Shown: positions 24,551-37,630, numbered from the stretch's first letter. The stretch is 64,000 nt of DNA from Paraspadella gotoi (GCA_051294375.1 CM119265.1:4648421-4712420); one strand, 5' to 3'. Numbers and translations are program-made. Notes: a model not told the origin generated them from the letters alone.

Positions 24551-24589
24551 CGACAGATTTTGCGGAAAAAATTTCCGCAAAATCTGTCG
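24551..24589. repeat. Perfect 18-bp inverted repeat (hairpin, 3-nt loop)
   Basis: CGACAGATTTTGCGGAAA-aaa-TTTCCGCAAAATCTGTCG. Confidence 0.95.
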
Positions 24590-24598
24590 ATTTACTAA

Positions 24599-24611
24599 AT
24601 TGCTAGGCAAC
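24599..24611. promoter_or_regulatory. RFX X-box-like motif (1 mismatch)
   Basis: ATTGCTAGGCAAC compared with the palindromic consensus GTTGCYANGCAAC-type X-box. Confidence 0.45.
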
Positions 24612-25630
24612 CAAAATTTGAAAGAAACAATCATTGCGCTACCATTCATTTTCTTCTAGTATAATGCTTATTAAAAGAATTTCTTTTGATTTGGCCATAT
24701 GTCAAATGTATGAGCAGTGAGACAAAGGGAAACTATAAACAGAAGGTGGAGAGAATGAAAGAGAGGGTTGAAAAGGCAAAAAAACGAAGGCAATGGGGAA
24801 AAAATTAGCTGAAACAATTGATAGCTAAGAAAAGAGGGGAAAAATGGAAAGAAAAAGAGGGCGAAAAAAAGGAAAGAATGAAATGAGGAAAAAAAAGCGT
24901 GAGGAAAGTGCCTATGAGTGACCGAAAAAAACGTAGAGGCCAAAAATGGTAAGTGACAGCGTGAGAAGTAGGGAGGGAAAGAGGAAAGAGGAAATATAAA
25001 GTAAGAGGAAGAGAAAAGGTGTAAGAAAATTATCAGACAAAGCGTATGAAAGAAAAAAAATTGTATTCAGATAATGCTGGCGTACTTACCTAAAATCTTT
25101 TGTGTCAGTTAAAAGACGATGAAGGATTCTTATAGCGGAATTTCGATCTTTTAAAAATCATCTGTACCATAAAAAATTCAAGCATACTTTTTTCTAAAAT
25201 TAGCAGTTAATGAGATTTAGAATTGACAAGCATTGAATGAAATCATGGTCTTACCGTATTTTTTAACTTATAGAAATTTACATGGGAAGTTCTAAGTTGA
25301 TTAAGAAGGAGATAACTTGAGACTACCGTCTTTTGTTGAATGAAGAAAGCTTTCCGTACTAACCATGAGAATCAGAAATATGTAATTATTGAAGTTCAGA
25401 TTCGTTGTCTAAAAGACACCGATTGTATGCGAAAACCTCTAAACATTCTTTCTTGTCTCGCTTTATCGATTTTCGCCTGCGAATTAAAAAATTTAAAATT
25501 CATCAGATTTCATTGATCCGTTTATAGCCTTTTTTTTTAAATCATTCGTTTTTTTTTTATGTGCGTGAGATAAAAAGCGCAAACAACACCGCAAATCTGG
25601 CGTTNNNNNNNNNNNNNNNNNNNNNNNNNG

Positions 25631-25686
25631 TGTCTTTTTTGTATGTTTTTTTAGTCCCTAGCGGTAAATCTCTCTCTCTCTCTCTG

Positions 25687-25719
<33 letters not shown>

Positions 25720-26287
25720 GCTCTCTCTCTCATCCCTCTCTCTCTCTCTTGCCTGTCCCCTAAACTCCCCCCACAAATCCATGGGTGATTTACTTGTGGC
25801 CTTTTTTTAGGCAGAAAAAGAGCAGGAAGACCTAATCTACCTGCTCTTCGATTCCCCGCCTCCCCACCTCACTCCTCTTCCTTTTACTTTTCCCTTTTTC
25901 TATTTCTTAAATTTTCCATCTTCTCTACTCCTATTTTTACTCTATTCTTCTCTCTGACGAGATGATAACTCATTTCTGCTGGGCAGCGTCTGTAGCGGGA
26001 AGCATTGTTTCGTTGAAAGTAGGCGCGAGCGCCTTACAATACATGGATGGAATATTGCCGTTTCTTGTTTACTTAGCGACGACGAAGGAAGTGAGACGAG
26101 GACGAGAGAGAGCAGAGAGAGAGAGAGAGAGAGAGATAGGAGAGAGAGAGAGAGCGCAATCTTTACGATATTCATGAAAGCAAAAGAACAAAATGGAGAA
26201 GAAACAATTGAAGAATGAGGAACAGTGCCCTCGGTTGTTTTATGTGCTCTATAACGTTCTCCTCTCGTATCTCTCTCTCTCTCTCTC

Positions 26288-26343
<56 letters not shown>

Positions 26344-26790
26344 CTCTCCTTTCTCCATTTTCTGTTCCTTTTGCCCAAATATTTGGTTCTCCATTTTGTT
26401 TTTCTGCGTCTCTTTGACACCGACTTTTTTACGAGGTTTGCTTATTTCTTAAACCTTTCTCGTCTCTCTAATACTCTATTCTCCTCTTCTCTTCTTCTCT
26501 CTCTCTCTTCCTTCTCTCTCTGCTCTCTCACTCTCTCCTCCCGTTCTCTCTTCGTCTCTCTCGTCTCTTTCTCTCTCTGCTCTCTCTCTCTCTTCCTCTC
26601 TCTCTCTCTTCATTTTTCTCTTTCTTTCTCTTCAGCGAAGTTTTTTTTTGAAGAAATGCAATATTTGGTTGGCGGAATCAAAGCAAGCTATGCACCAGAC
26701 TACGGCTTCGTCGCGCCGACAGGCGCTGGGGCGCGCAATACGGCCGCAAGCGCGGCGCGTGAAGCGAGCGAACGGCTGGTGTCGGGCCCG
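25631..26790 (+). repeat. Copy 2 of the ~1.15 kb direct duplication
   Basis: Starts immediately after the 25-N gap at 25605-25629; indel-rich match to 21611-22735. Confidence 0.9.
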
Positions 26791-27111
26791 TTTTTAGTTT
26801 TTTTTTCCATCGTTATCCCGCTTCCATATCAGTCAACATTCAATCCCATCTCTTTCCATCTGCATCCCTTCCAATCCCTTTCCTCAAAACCATCTCTACT
26901 CCCACCTAAAACCGTCGCCCCAATAATACGAGTAAACACCCGAAGTCGACTATGGCGCTCCTGGCGGCTCAGAATCAAACTGATTTCGGGCGCCACAACC
27001 TAAAGAGACGGAGAAAGCGAGAAAGAGAGAGAGAGAGAGAGAGGCACAAAAAAAAGGGAAGTCAAAGTGTTTTTTTTTTCTTTTTATTTTTTAGTTTAGC
27101 TTTTTCGACCT

Positions 27112-27161
27112 ATTGGTTGCCAGGCAACGCGGCCGGAAGTGACAACGCCTCCGACTTCCGG
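27112..27161. promoter_or_regulatory. Promoter-like module: CCAAT box, RFX X-box and two inverted ETS/GABP sites
   Basis: ATTGG (27112-27116), GTTGCCAGGCAAC (27116-27128), CCGGAAGT (27133-27140) and ACTTCCGG (27154-27161), all within 50 bp of a GC-richer island. Confidence 0.7.
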
Positions 27162-27749
27162 TTATCGGCGCAGACTTTGTTAGCAATTTCTTGGCAACGA
27201 AGGTGGGCGTCGTTTGAACGGAGTCGCTCGGGGCGGGAGGTGGTAGGGTTGAGCGTGAAAAGGAGGAAGGACCAGGGGTGAACATGATTGTGAACTGTGA
27301 GTGAAGGAAGGGGAGACAAAAATAATAAAATGGTAAGTAACCAAGTTTAGGAAAGGTAAGTGAAGACAAGTAATCAGCTAAAAGAAAGAGATATAGCGAG
27401 AGCGAGACGGGGTGAAAGGAGAAAAAGAAATCAGAAAAGTCAACGGGAGTCCCATTGTTGGCTTATAGCGAGTCATTGAAAGTTGAGAAGGGACCATTTG
27501 AGAGGAGCATTGGAGGAAGAGAGCAAGTTGTGGGGAAAGAGAGTGAAGTTAACCAAAGGATTTCGGGAGAAATGATGGAGGAAAAGAGAAAAGGAAATGG
27601 GTCATATGAGCAGATTGAAGAGACGAGAGAGGAGGTAGAGGAGAGGAGAAGAGAGAGAGAGAAGAGAGAGAGAGGAGAGAAGGAGGAGAGAGAGAGGAGA
27701 GTGAGAGAGCGAGAGATATGCGAGTTGAATGAGAGACAGGTATGAGGTA

Positions 27750-28592
27750 GCGACCCCGGGAGATTACGGAGTACCGTCCACGGCGGCGCCGTCTTGTCTT
27801 GTCGGTATCGCAGTTGAAGATAATTGGTGTCACTCGGGGTTTTTTTCTGTTTAGTGCTTCCGTCTGTCTGGTGGACAGTTAAAATAAAGGGGAGTAACGT
27901 CGGAGGAGAATGGTGAGTACTCCTTGCAGGCCGTAACGTCGAATCCCGGTCGACGTCTGAGCCTGCGAAAAGCAACGCCAGCCCATCCCCTTCACACGTC
28001 TCCCGGTACAGTAGGGAGGAAGTAGATCGCCTCTCAAAAGTTCCGAAGTGTTTTCCCCTTTGTACTGACCGTCACCGTGTCGTGGGCCAGTATGATTAGG
28101 AGATGTGTCGCCGTATCGGTCTCATAGATTTTTACAGGGAGTAGCGATGTTCGCTTTTGGTCCTCGAGAAAGTACTAAGTCATGAATTGTTCCTTTCTGT
28201 GTTTCCTCTTGCGCTCCGGCCTCTCGACTGCTGTTCCAACCCTTTGTCGATTTCTCGACTTCGCACTCCTCGGTTCGTTCTTCCTCGGGAGAATTGTGCA
28301 ATCTCGCCGTCTTGCGACTGCATCTTTGTTAGTCTTTTGCTTCCCCTACCCGGCCTATACCTCGCTGTCTCGCTCTCGCTCCCGTCGCTCTCGCTCGTCG
28401 CTGCTCCGTCGCTCTTTCCTGTCTGGTCTGATCTGATTTGCGCCCGCTCGGGACGCAATGATGGCGGGCGAGCGCCAATGTGTTTGTCATTCAAGCGGTA
28501 AAGCCTGTTTTTACTCTGCCTTGTTTATTGTGCTTTTTCTAGCGTCAAACCTCGAAATTCATTTTGTCAAATTGGGAATTGAGACAGAGAGA
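27750..28592 (+). repeat. Insertion-riddled copy of 28795-29380
   Basis: Same anchors in the same order (GCGACCC.GGA.ATTACG ... CTCGCTCTCGCT ... CATTCAAGCG ... CTCGAAA.TCATTTT ... GAGACAGAGAG) but about 40% longer. Lies just upstream of the 25-N gap at 28725-28749. Confidence 0.75.
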
Positions 28593-28749
28593 AGAGAGGA
28601 GAGAGGAGAGAGAGAGGATGAGAGAGAGAGAGAGAGAATGGAGAGAGGATGAGGAGGGAAGAGATGAGAGAGTAAGAGAGGATGATAAATTCGTAAGTAA
28701 AAGATAATAAAAGAAGCATCCGGANNNNNNNNNNNNNNNNNNNNNNNNN

Positions 28750-28785
<36 letters not shown>

Positions 28786-28794
28786 TGAAGAGAG

Positions 28795-29380
28795 TGCGAC
28801 CCGGAATTACGACGTCACGCGCGCGTCTTTCGTTCGGTCGCGAGAATTTCACGGGTTTTTCTGTGGTGATTAAAGGGGAGAGTCGGAGACGTGAGTCTCC
28901 TTCAGGCGAACTCGATCCCTCGACCCCTCGAAAACAACCCACCTCCCCCCCACCTCCCCTCCAAGGGGAAATGACTCCCTCTCAATCCGATTTCTTTACT
29001 GACTCAACCTCGGCCTTTAGAGATTCCCTCTCGCTCTCGATTTACGTACTTTCCTTTGTCTCAGATACATCAGGATTTTCTTTCTTCCTCTTCTCCGCCT
29101 CCGACTCTGTCAACCTTTCGATCTCGACTCGCACTCTCGTTCGTCTCGGGAGAATGTCATCTCGCGTCTTGCGACTCACTTGTTTCTTTCTCCCTACACC
29201 CTACTCGCTCTCGCTCTCGCTCTCGCTCTCGCTCTCGCTCTCTCTCTTTCCTCTGGCGACGATCGCCTCGGACCAAAGCGGGCGACGCAATTCATCAAGC
29301 GAAAGCCTTTTACTCCTGTTTATTTGCTTTTCACTCAACTCGAAATCATTTTTCAAATTGAATCGGAGACAGAGAGAGAT
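28795..29380 (+). repeat. Cleaner copy of the segment duplicated at 27750-28592
   Basis: Shares the ordered anchors listed for 27750-28592 and follows the 25-N gap and an AG tract. Confidence 0.75.
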
Positions 29381-30466
29381 CACGTGAAAAATCTACACAC
29401 GACTGTCGCCATGATGAAATGAAACAGAAGAATGAAAGAGCAAGAAAAGAAAATGATATGTAGGGAAGAGTGGGTACGTGGGTTAGGAGGAAAAGACAAT
29501 CTAGACGAAAAAAAAATGAGAAGAAAGAAAGAAAGAAAAAAAAAAGAAAGAAAGAAAAGAAAGAAAGAAAGAATAAGGAACCAAGNNNNNNNNNNNNNNN
29601 NNNNNNNNNNNNNNNNNNNNNNNNNNNNNNNNNNNNNNNNNNNNNNNNNNNNNNNNNNNNNNNNNNNNNNNNNNNNNNNNNNNNNNNNNNNNNNNNNNNN
29701 NNNNNNNNNNNNNNNNNNNNNNNNNNNNNNNNNNNNNNNNNNNNNNNNNNNNNNNNNNNNNNNNNNNNNNNNNNNNNNNNNNNNNNNNNNNNNNNNNNNN
29801 NNNNNNNNNNNNNNNNNNNNNNNNNNNNNNNNNNNNNNNNNNNNNNNNNNNNNNNNNNNNNNNNNNNNNNNNNNNNNNNNNNNNNNNNNNNNNNNNNNNN
29901 NNNNNNNNNNNNNNNNNNNNNNNNNNNNNNNNNNNNNNNNNNAAAGAAGGAAAGAAAGAAAGAAAGAAAGACTGTAAAAAAGTAATTGAGTTTGACTGAG
30001 ATTGTCAAATACAGTAAGTGTCAAAGGAAACCGTTTCCCTCATGAGTATCGACCAAGAATTATATCCGCTCGTATCAGACACACACTAATTTTTCCAAAG
30101 TCAAACATTACCCACGCCACTCTTCCGGTCAGCTCTCTCCACATATTTCCAGGAAAAACGAAAAATCTCTTTCTCCCCTCGTAAATCATTTTTTCCCCCT
30201 TATTTAATTCTCGTTTCCAAGCGACACATATTATCTCGCCTTCTCTCTCTCCCGACTTCTTGATGAACGTTTGCTCGACGCCGATCTAATTCCGCGAATG
30301 ACATCGAAGCGAGCGCCACCTTCGTAATCACCGCTGCCAGCGCATATAACTGCCGCCATAACCGTTACACCGTGGCAAGCGATTAAATCGGTCGCGAAGA
30401 CGTGTACAGCGATCGCAGAAATGCGGAACGGAGAAACCGCATGACGCGAACGCGGAAGCCCGATGG

Positions 30467-30479
30467 GTTGCTAGGCAAC
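30467..30479. promoter_or_regulatory. RFX X-box motif
   Basis: GTTGCTAGGCAAC in a CpG-rich, high-complexity island (about 30290-30580), with CGGAAG just upstream. Confidence 0.6.
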
Positions 30480-31515
30480 GGACCGTGAGGGCGGAACGTC
30501 TTCAGCGGTTAGTTACGAGGTCGCGAATTGACGGAGTTTCTTCGGCGGAGGAATCTCAATGCACTGATCTCGAGTAGATTTTATAGCGATCCCTGACTGA
30601 AGAGATTTTAATCACTTTTTCTGAGACTTCGATGAAACTGTATTATAATCTAGCGACTCTCTCTCTCTCTCTTTCTGACTTTATTTCTATCTTTTTTCTG
30701 CCTTTTTATATCTCAGTTTTGAGTTCTGTCTATCTGTCTATTTATTTTTTTTCTCTATTCGGTTCCCAATTTTTTCGTTTTTTTCCTTCTCCCCTTTTAT
30801 TTTCGTCACCATCTATTTCATTTGGCCAGTGGCGAAGACACCACGATTCCTTTATTTCGCTTCGTCGCCCCCTTTTTTTTCCCTTTCTTTTTCCTTTATT
30901 TTTTCCTCCCTTTTCCTTTTCTGCTTTGTTTCATCTCTTCTTTTTTTTCTTGATTTTCCCTTCCTTTTCTTCTTCTATTTTTTTTTCTCTAATCCCTTTC
31001 TCGCCGGCGGCTTGTTTATCTTTTGCCTGTTGTTTCTTTCTCCGGTGATTGCAATTTCCTATTCTCGTCTTTATCTTGTCTTTTTCTTTTTCAGTTATTT
31101 TTTTCTCTTTTACCTTCTTTGTCTGCAATCTAGAGATTAGTATATTATATATCTTTCTGAATATAGTGCTTGACAAAATTTGATTTGTAAACAGATTTAC
31201 TGTTACAGTTAAAAGATTCGATTTCTTTATGGAATAAAAAACTTTTTATAAATATTTACTACACAACGAAAAGAAAGGATCGATTATAATAGATTAGAAT
31301 ATGTCATGATTTATGGAGAACTTATTATTTTTGTTGTTTAACCTAATCTGCCTCGAGTTTGTAATTTGGATATTAACCTCCATTTTTATCTTATTTAAAA
31401 TTAAAAGTATTTGTTTTTCTCTTTTTAATTGATCTGTGGCTTTTTCCCTTGCCAGCTTTTCAAGTCACGAAACAGTTTATGATTCAATTTTTAAAGCATA
31501 TCGGCAAACTTGAAA

Positions 31516-31563
<48 letters not shown>

Positions 31564-31873
31564 AGAAGAGAGAGAGAGAGAGAGAGTGTCTGCAAAGGCG
31601 GGAACGATAATTTTTCCCATTTGCATTCAACGGTAATGAATTGACCACCGTTCTGTTTTTTTTTCTCAACTCGTTTTCTTTAGCTTTTATTCTCTTTTTT
31701 TTTTTCTTTTTTCCTCCTTTAATCCAGAGCAAGAAAGAGTCTACCGTTGGAAAAGGATTGAGGGGGGGGAAGGGGGCGTAACTCCCGCGATTTTAGAGTA
31801 ATAAAAATTCCGGAAAGGATGCGTAATGAGGAAGGAAAAAAAGGAGGGAATGAGAAAATGGAGTGTGAGAGAG

Positions 31874-31904
<31 letters not shown>

Positions 31905-31978
31905 CGGATAGAGATAGAGAGAGAGAGAGAGAAGAGAGAGAGAATTTGAGAGAGAGATATTGAGAAGAGAAGAGATTG

Positions 31979-32087
<109 letters not shown>

Positions 32088-33619
32088 TTAAGAAAGACGA
32101 GCAGGTAAAAAAGAAGAGAAAGTTAAAAGGCCCCAGGAACGGCGAGCGCAAAATTGGTAGAAAGGAGGCCAACCATAATCAGATGAAGAACCCGTTTCGT
32201 GTTCATTGACTCTAGATTTTTTTTCCCCTCTCTCATTTTTTCTCCTCCCATATTCAATTCCCTTTGTTGAGGAAAATTATTTCTCTCCTTTCAATGTCTT
32301 TTCCTCCTTTTTTTCATTTTCATCTTTTTAGTCTTTTTTCAGGATTTTTTTTCTCTCGTTTTCTTGACTTTTTTTTTTCTTTTCTCTTCAACTTTTCTCT
32401 TCAGATTTTCGTGTTTTTCGTCTGCTTTCATCTTGTTTTATTCTCTTCTTTTCGTTTTTATACTTTTTTATTTTTTTATTAAAAACGATTTTACAAAAGC
32501 TTTTTTTTATTTTCTCGACAATTTCTATTTTTTGTTAAGCGAGCGCCTGGGTTCATTCTTTGTTCTCCGCTTGAAAGTCCTTCATGCAAGAGATTTTCTT
32601 ACCTTCGGGATGATCTCTTCAGATAATTTTGAAGAGTCTCACAACGTTTTCGACGACAATGATGACGACGACGACAACGACGACGACATCATCCTTTTTG
32701 GAACCAAAAAATAAAGAAAACAGAGTAGGCGGGGCAAAGCCCTTGGAACGCGGATTTCCGAAAGCAGATTTACGCGATTTCGTCGGCGGGGCGACGCCAT
32801 TACCCTAATCCCAGAATCGCCTGGCCGTCGCCTTTCCCCAACTCCCGTGGTCTTGTCCCAACGCGTTTCAATAACATACGGAAAAGAATAATGGAATAAA
32901 AGAAGAAAACGGATGCACTAGTCAGATATTTACATCCGGGAGTAGAAGGGACGATGAAAAGATTGATGTTACGAGGGAAAATGGGCGGAGTTCGGACGTG
33001 GTCGATGATGAGGAGGAGCGCGAGGAGGAAAGGAGGCGGAGGAAAGGAGTTGGGAGGAAAGGAGAGGGATTGAAGGAGAAGGAGGAAAGGAAAGGAAGGT
33101 AAGGGGAGAGAGGAAAGGAGAGCGAGGAAAGGGAAAGAGAGGGGATAACTAATAGGGTGGAGAGTTGTGCGAAAAAAAAGGAGGGAGAAAGAGGTACTTG
33201 GAAAAGGGCATAATAGAGGGAGTAAAGGAGAGAAAAGAAAGAAGAGAGGGAGGAAAGGATAATGGGAAAAACGAAGAAAACGGGGGCAAGGAGAAACTAA
33301 AAATTTGAGAGGAAAGATCAAAGGAAATTGTTACAAAAAAAGTCGACAGAATAAAATTTCACCAAGAGAAAATAAATGAAACCGTGAGAGCTCGGAGATC
33401 ATAAAAGCAAGAAAAGATTGTTTGAGGAATACTTATAAAGAAAAAAAAAGATATTTGATAAGGAGTTATGAAATGGAGGTACGAAAAGAAATATATAGGG
33501 AGGAGGAAGAGGGAAGAAGAGGATCATATTTTTCGATCCATCCATCATAACAAGAAAAAAAAGAAGGCGTGCGAGGAGCAAAGCTCTGCGGTGAGGGATG
33601 ATGTTATCCTGCGAGAATG

Positions 33620-33658
<39 letters not shown>

Positions 33659-34831
33659 TTCGTCGTCGTCTTCATTCGTCTCCATCGATTTTTTTTTATT
33701 ACTCGTGTGAATTATTAACAAACCGCGCATATGTGTTTATTATTTTCCATGCCAAATAACACGACGAAGCGAGAATGCATTTTCGTTTGATTCTTTTCTA
33801 AAGTTTTAATATGTACCTCGAAAAACCGCCTTCAGCGAAAACAAAAAAGGGTAAGGAAAGTATTAGCTTTTTTTTTTTTTGTTTTTAATCTCACGTAAAA
33901 AACCATCAGCGGAAAGAAAAATCTATACTCGCGCGACGATGGGCAGAAGAAGACCCTTTGGGATAAAAGTGAGGAAAAAGAGGAACAAGATAAGGAGAGT
34001 GAGAAAAGAGGAAAGAAAAAAAGGGAGATAAGAAAAAAAATAAGCGGGGGGGGAAGACCTTGAGGAAAAAAGGAAACTCCCCCGCCCTGGAGAACCCCGG
34101 GCCAAGAAACGAAGATTGAAAATTAGAGTCTGCGAACAAATAGGAAAAATAGAAAAGAAAGCAAAAAAAAAAAAATAAATAAAATAAAATAAAGAAAAAG
34201 ATGGGGGAAAAAATAAAAATAAAAATAATCGAATGAGGAGAAAATATGGGGTTTTTATTCGACGGCAGCTGGAGAGGACGGCGCTTGCGATGCGTGGAGT
34301 ACGGAATTCGTAGCCTTTAAAAAGGTTTCTACCTCGCCCTTTCCTTTCCTCCTTTTCTCTTTTTCTTTCCTTTCCTCTTTTTCTCTTTTTCTTTCCTTTT
34401 ATCCTTTTCCTTGAGTCTCTTTGCTCCTTCTCTGCCTTCTTCCCTTATATATAAATATTGCTGGCTCTTTTCCTTAGCTCCTTTTTTTTCCTTTTTTTTT
34501 ATTATTTAATCTTCTTTTCCTTTTTTCTTCCTTGAATTTTTTTACATTTAATTTTTACTTATTTTCTTCCTTCTCTCTTAATCTTCATTCCTTGGCTTTT
34601 TTTTTTCATTCACTATTTTCCCTCCTTCCTCCCCAGTTCGTGCCCTCCTCATTTCTAGCCTGTGAAAAAAAAGGGTGAATGTCAATACAAAACATGGGGA
34701 GGAAGGGAAACGGAGAGAGAGAGAGAGAAGAGAGAGAGAGAAGAGAGAGAGAGAAGAGAAGAGATGAGAGAGAGAGAGAAGAGAGGAGAGGAGAGAGAGA
34801 GAGAAGAGAGAGAGAGGAGAAAAGAGAGAGC

Positions 34832-34862
<31 letters not shown>

Positions 34863-37630
34863 TGCAGAGAAAGAGAGAGAAAGCGTTACGCAAAACCAGA
34901 GATAAGAGGATGAGGTGGATTTAAACGGAATTTATGATGTTTCGTCAATATTATCTTCCCCCTGACGACGGTGTCGACGACGTTTGCGACGACGACAATA
35001 ACGACGACAACTCGAGACGCGCATTCTCCTCGGGGACTCGGGAGCGACGCCGAAAAAAGGGCGCCGGGCATCAGGAGGCGGCGTCGCGATTCTTAACTTT
35101 GTCGCGAATTCAAAGGCTCAAATCGTTCGAGGGAAATTGTCGCCCCTTGCCGCCCTCCCCCATTTTTTGACAAAAACCTGAATTATAGAAAGGCGAGAAC
35201 GGCTGAAGCCCTAGAACCCGAAACCCAACTCGTTGCGACGATATGAAACTATTGTTCCGCTTTTCTGCTTTTCTCCTTTTCCCTAATGCCCCACCCTACC
35301 GTGCCCTCAAGATCTCCTTCCAAATTTGGGAAATATAGCTTTCACCACCACCTTTCTTAAAGATTCCCCCTTTCTCCCCTTTTCTCTTCAACGACACAAT
35401 TTTCGCTCCGTCTGCGACTTCCTTGTAACCGGTGTACCCTTACCCTGTAGCCCTATTTTTTTCTCAGCCGCAGCTGGCGCATTTTCCTCTCCGCCGCCGA
35501 CCGTTGCTTCGATAAATCGTGGGGAAGTTCCTCATGTAATCGTGTGGAGCGACGCCGCGTATCGACCCGCGCAGCCGCCGCAGCCGACGCTCAAAAGTAT
35601 TGACTGAGGAGCTTGCAACTTGCTTGGCGTCGCGTAATGCTTGACGATTATTGGCAGCGCCAATCATTAGGCAGAGCTCTAAATATTGACTAATGTATTG
35701 GCCAACTTTGGTATCGACAGCTCGCAAAACTCCAAAGTGCCCGACGTCATATGTTGAGCAGTTTCGGAAACATGGCGAAGAGCAAATTCCCTGGCGAGGC
35801 TTATCAAGGGTCCGATTGCTTTTAGTATTGCAAACAGTCTTTATCTGTTTAACGCTAGAGAAATTAACAACTCGATGCATTGTAAATCTGAGATACGGCC
35901 CGTGAATCAGTCGGCGCCCTAACATTAAAACTGACATTCAAAAACGAAATCCGTCGCCGCCATTGCACGCCCTTGCCCCCCGGCGCCGACGCCGCGCGTT
36001 TCAACGATTTTAATCGCCTCATTTTCCGCCGAATCAAATTTTCCTCGTAATCGCGCCATTTTTTTTTCAAACGCGGAAATGCGCGGGAAAATTTGGTCGA
36101 ATGGCAGAGGCGACGACAGAGGGCAGAGAGACGGCCTTTTGTTTTTTATGGTTTTGAATTAGTCGTTATATTTTTTTTTTATGGATGCATGACGACGACG
36201 ACGACGACGACGACGACGAACGATTCGTACGGTTGTTTCGCCTCGCAACGAGATCGAGTCCCATTTGCACCAAAGGGCTTTTTTTCCTTTCTGCTCTTTC
36301 CTATTTTTTTTCTCTCTTCTCATTTGGAGTCCGACTAAATAAAAAAAGAAAATTCTTTCTCTGGAACAGACGAAGCGAATTTATCCAATGACAACAGCGG
36401 TGTTCATAAAAAATGTGCTCATTGGTTGGGAATCTCTCTTCTCTCTTGACTCTCGCTCCCTCCTCTCCTCTCGCTTCTCCTCTCCCTCTCCTCTTCTCTC
36501 TTTCTCTCTCTTCTCTCCTCTCTCTTCTCTCTCTCTCTCTCTTCTCTCGTTCTTTCCGAGGTCATGCATGTTTTGCCGTTTTTTTTCTCTGTCTCCATAC
36601 AAATGCACACTTTTTTTTCCTCCCCGCGACAGATTGTGGAAAAAAACCGAAGTAGACAGAAGAGAACGTTTATGGACAGACAGAGAACAGAGACAGGCGA
36701 AAATCGCTAGACGAATAATATGAGAAAAAAAAAAACCTATTAGGAAACTGGTCAAAAAGAAATATATAAGAAGAGAAAGAAAGCTGGGAAGGAAAACTAG
36801 TTTCTTCTTCATTTCCACTTTTCTGCTCTTCTTTCCTTTTTCTCTTCCTTCTTTTTATTTCCTACGAAACTTTCTTCCCTCCTATCTTCTATTCCCTTTC
36901 CTTTTTCTCCCCTGTTCCTTTTTCCTATTTTTATCTCCCCAAAGTGTTTAATTTTTTCAGCATCACCGCAGATTCTTTCCGACTCCTCAACCTACCTCCT
37001 CCCCGCCTCCCCACCCCTTCCTCCTCCCCCCTCCTCCCCTCTCCTACCTCCATCTTCTTCTCAGAAATAAATGCGACGCCGACGTGATATAAGGGTCAGA
37101 TGCTACATTAGTAAACCTCCTTGTGGCTTCCTCGCGCATTCGATTCCTTCTCCTCTATTTTTGTCTTTTTCTTTTTCCTTTCGAGCGAAACTCCGTCGTC
37201 TCCGTTTTCGTCGCGTCGTTTTCGTCCGTCCGTTTCGTTCTTGTCGCTTTTTCGTTTACTAACCCACGAGTTGCCCATTTTAATGGACGTTCGACACTTG
37301 GGAGAGCGAAAACTTATAAAAAAGGCTTATTCGTAACATCACGCCGGGCGGAAAGGCCTTTTAAGGATAAAGGAGATTCGTTTTGAGAAGGCTCCTTGGA
37401 CTGTTTTGGACTGGCCTTGGCGCGTTAGCGGACCTTATGTACACTATGAAAATATTAGCTGCAACTGCGCAGGCTGGTGAGGCTGGCAAATAGCTTGTTG
37501 ACAAGCACTTGGCTGGGATGTTTCTTTCTTTTTTGCTTGTCTAGCTCTGATTTAACAGAACTGACTCACTTGGCTAGCTTAGAAGAACTGATGGGCTGTT
37601 ACTTATCTTTTTAGTTCACGTCCCACTCCT

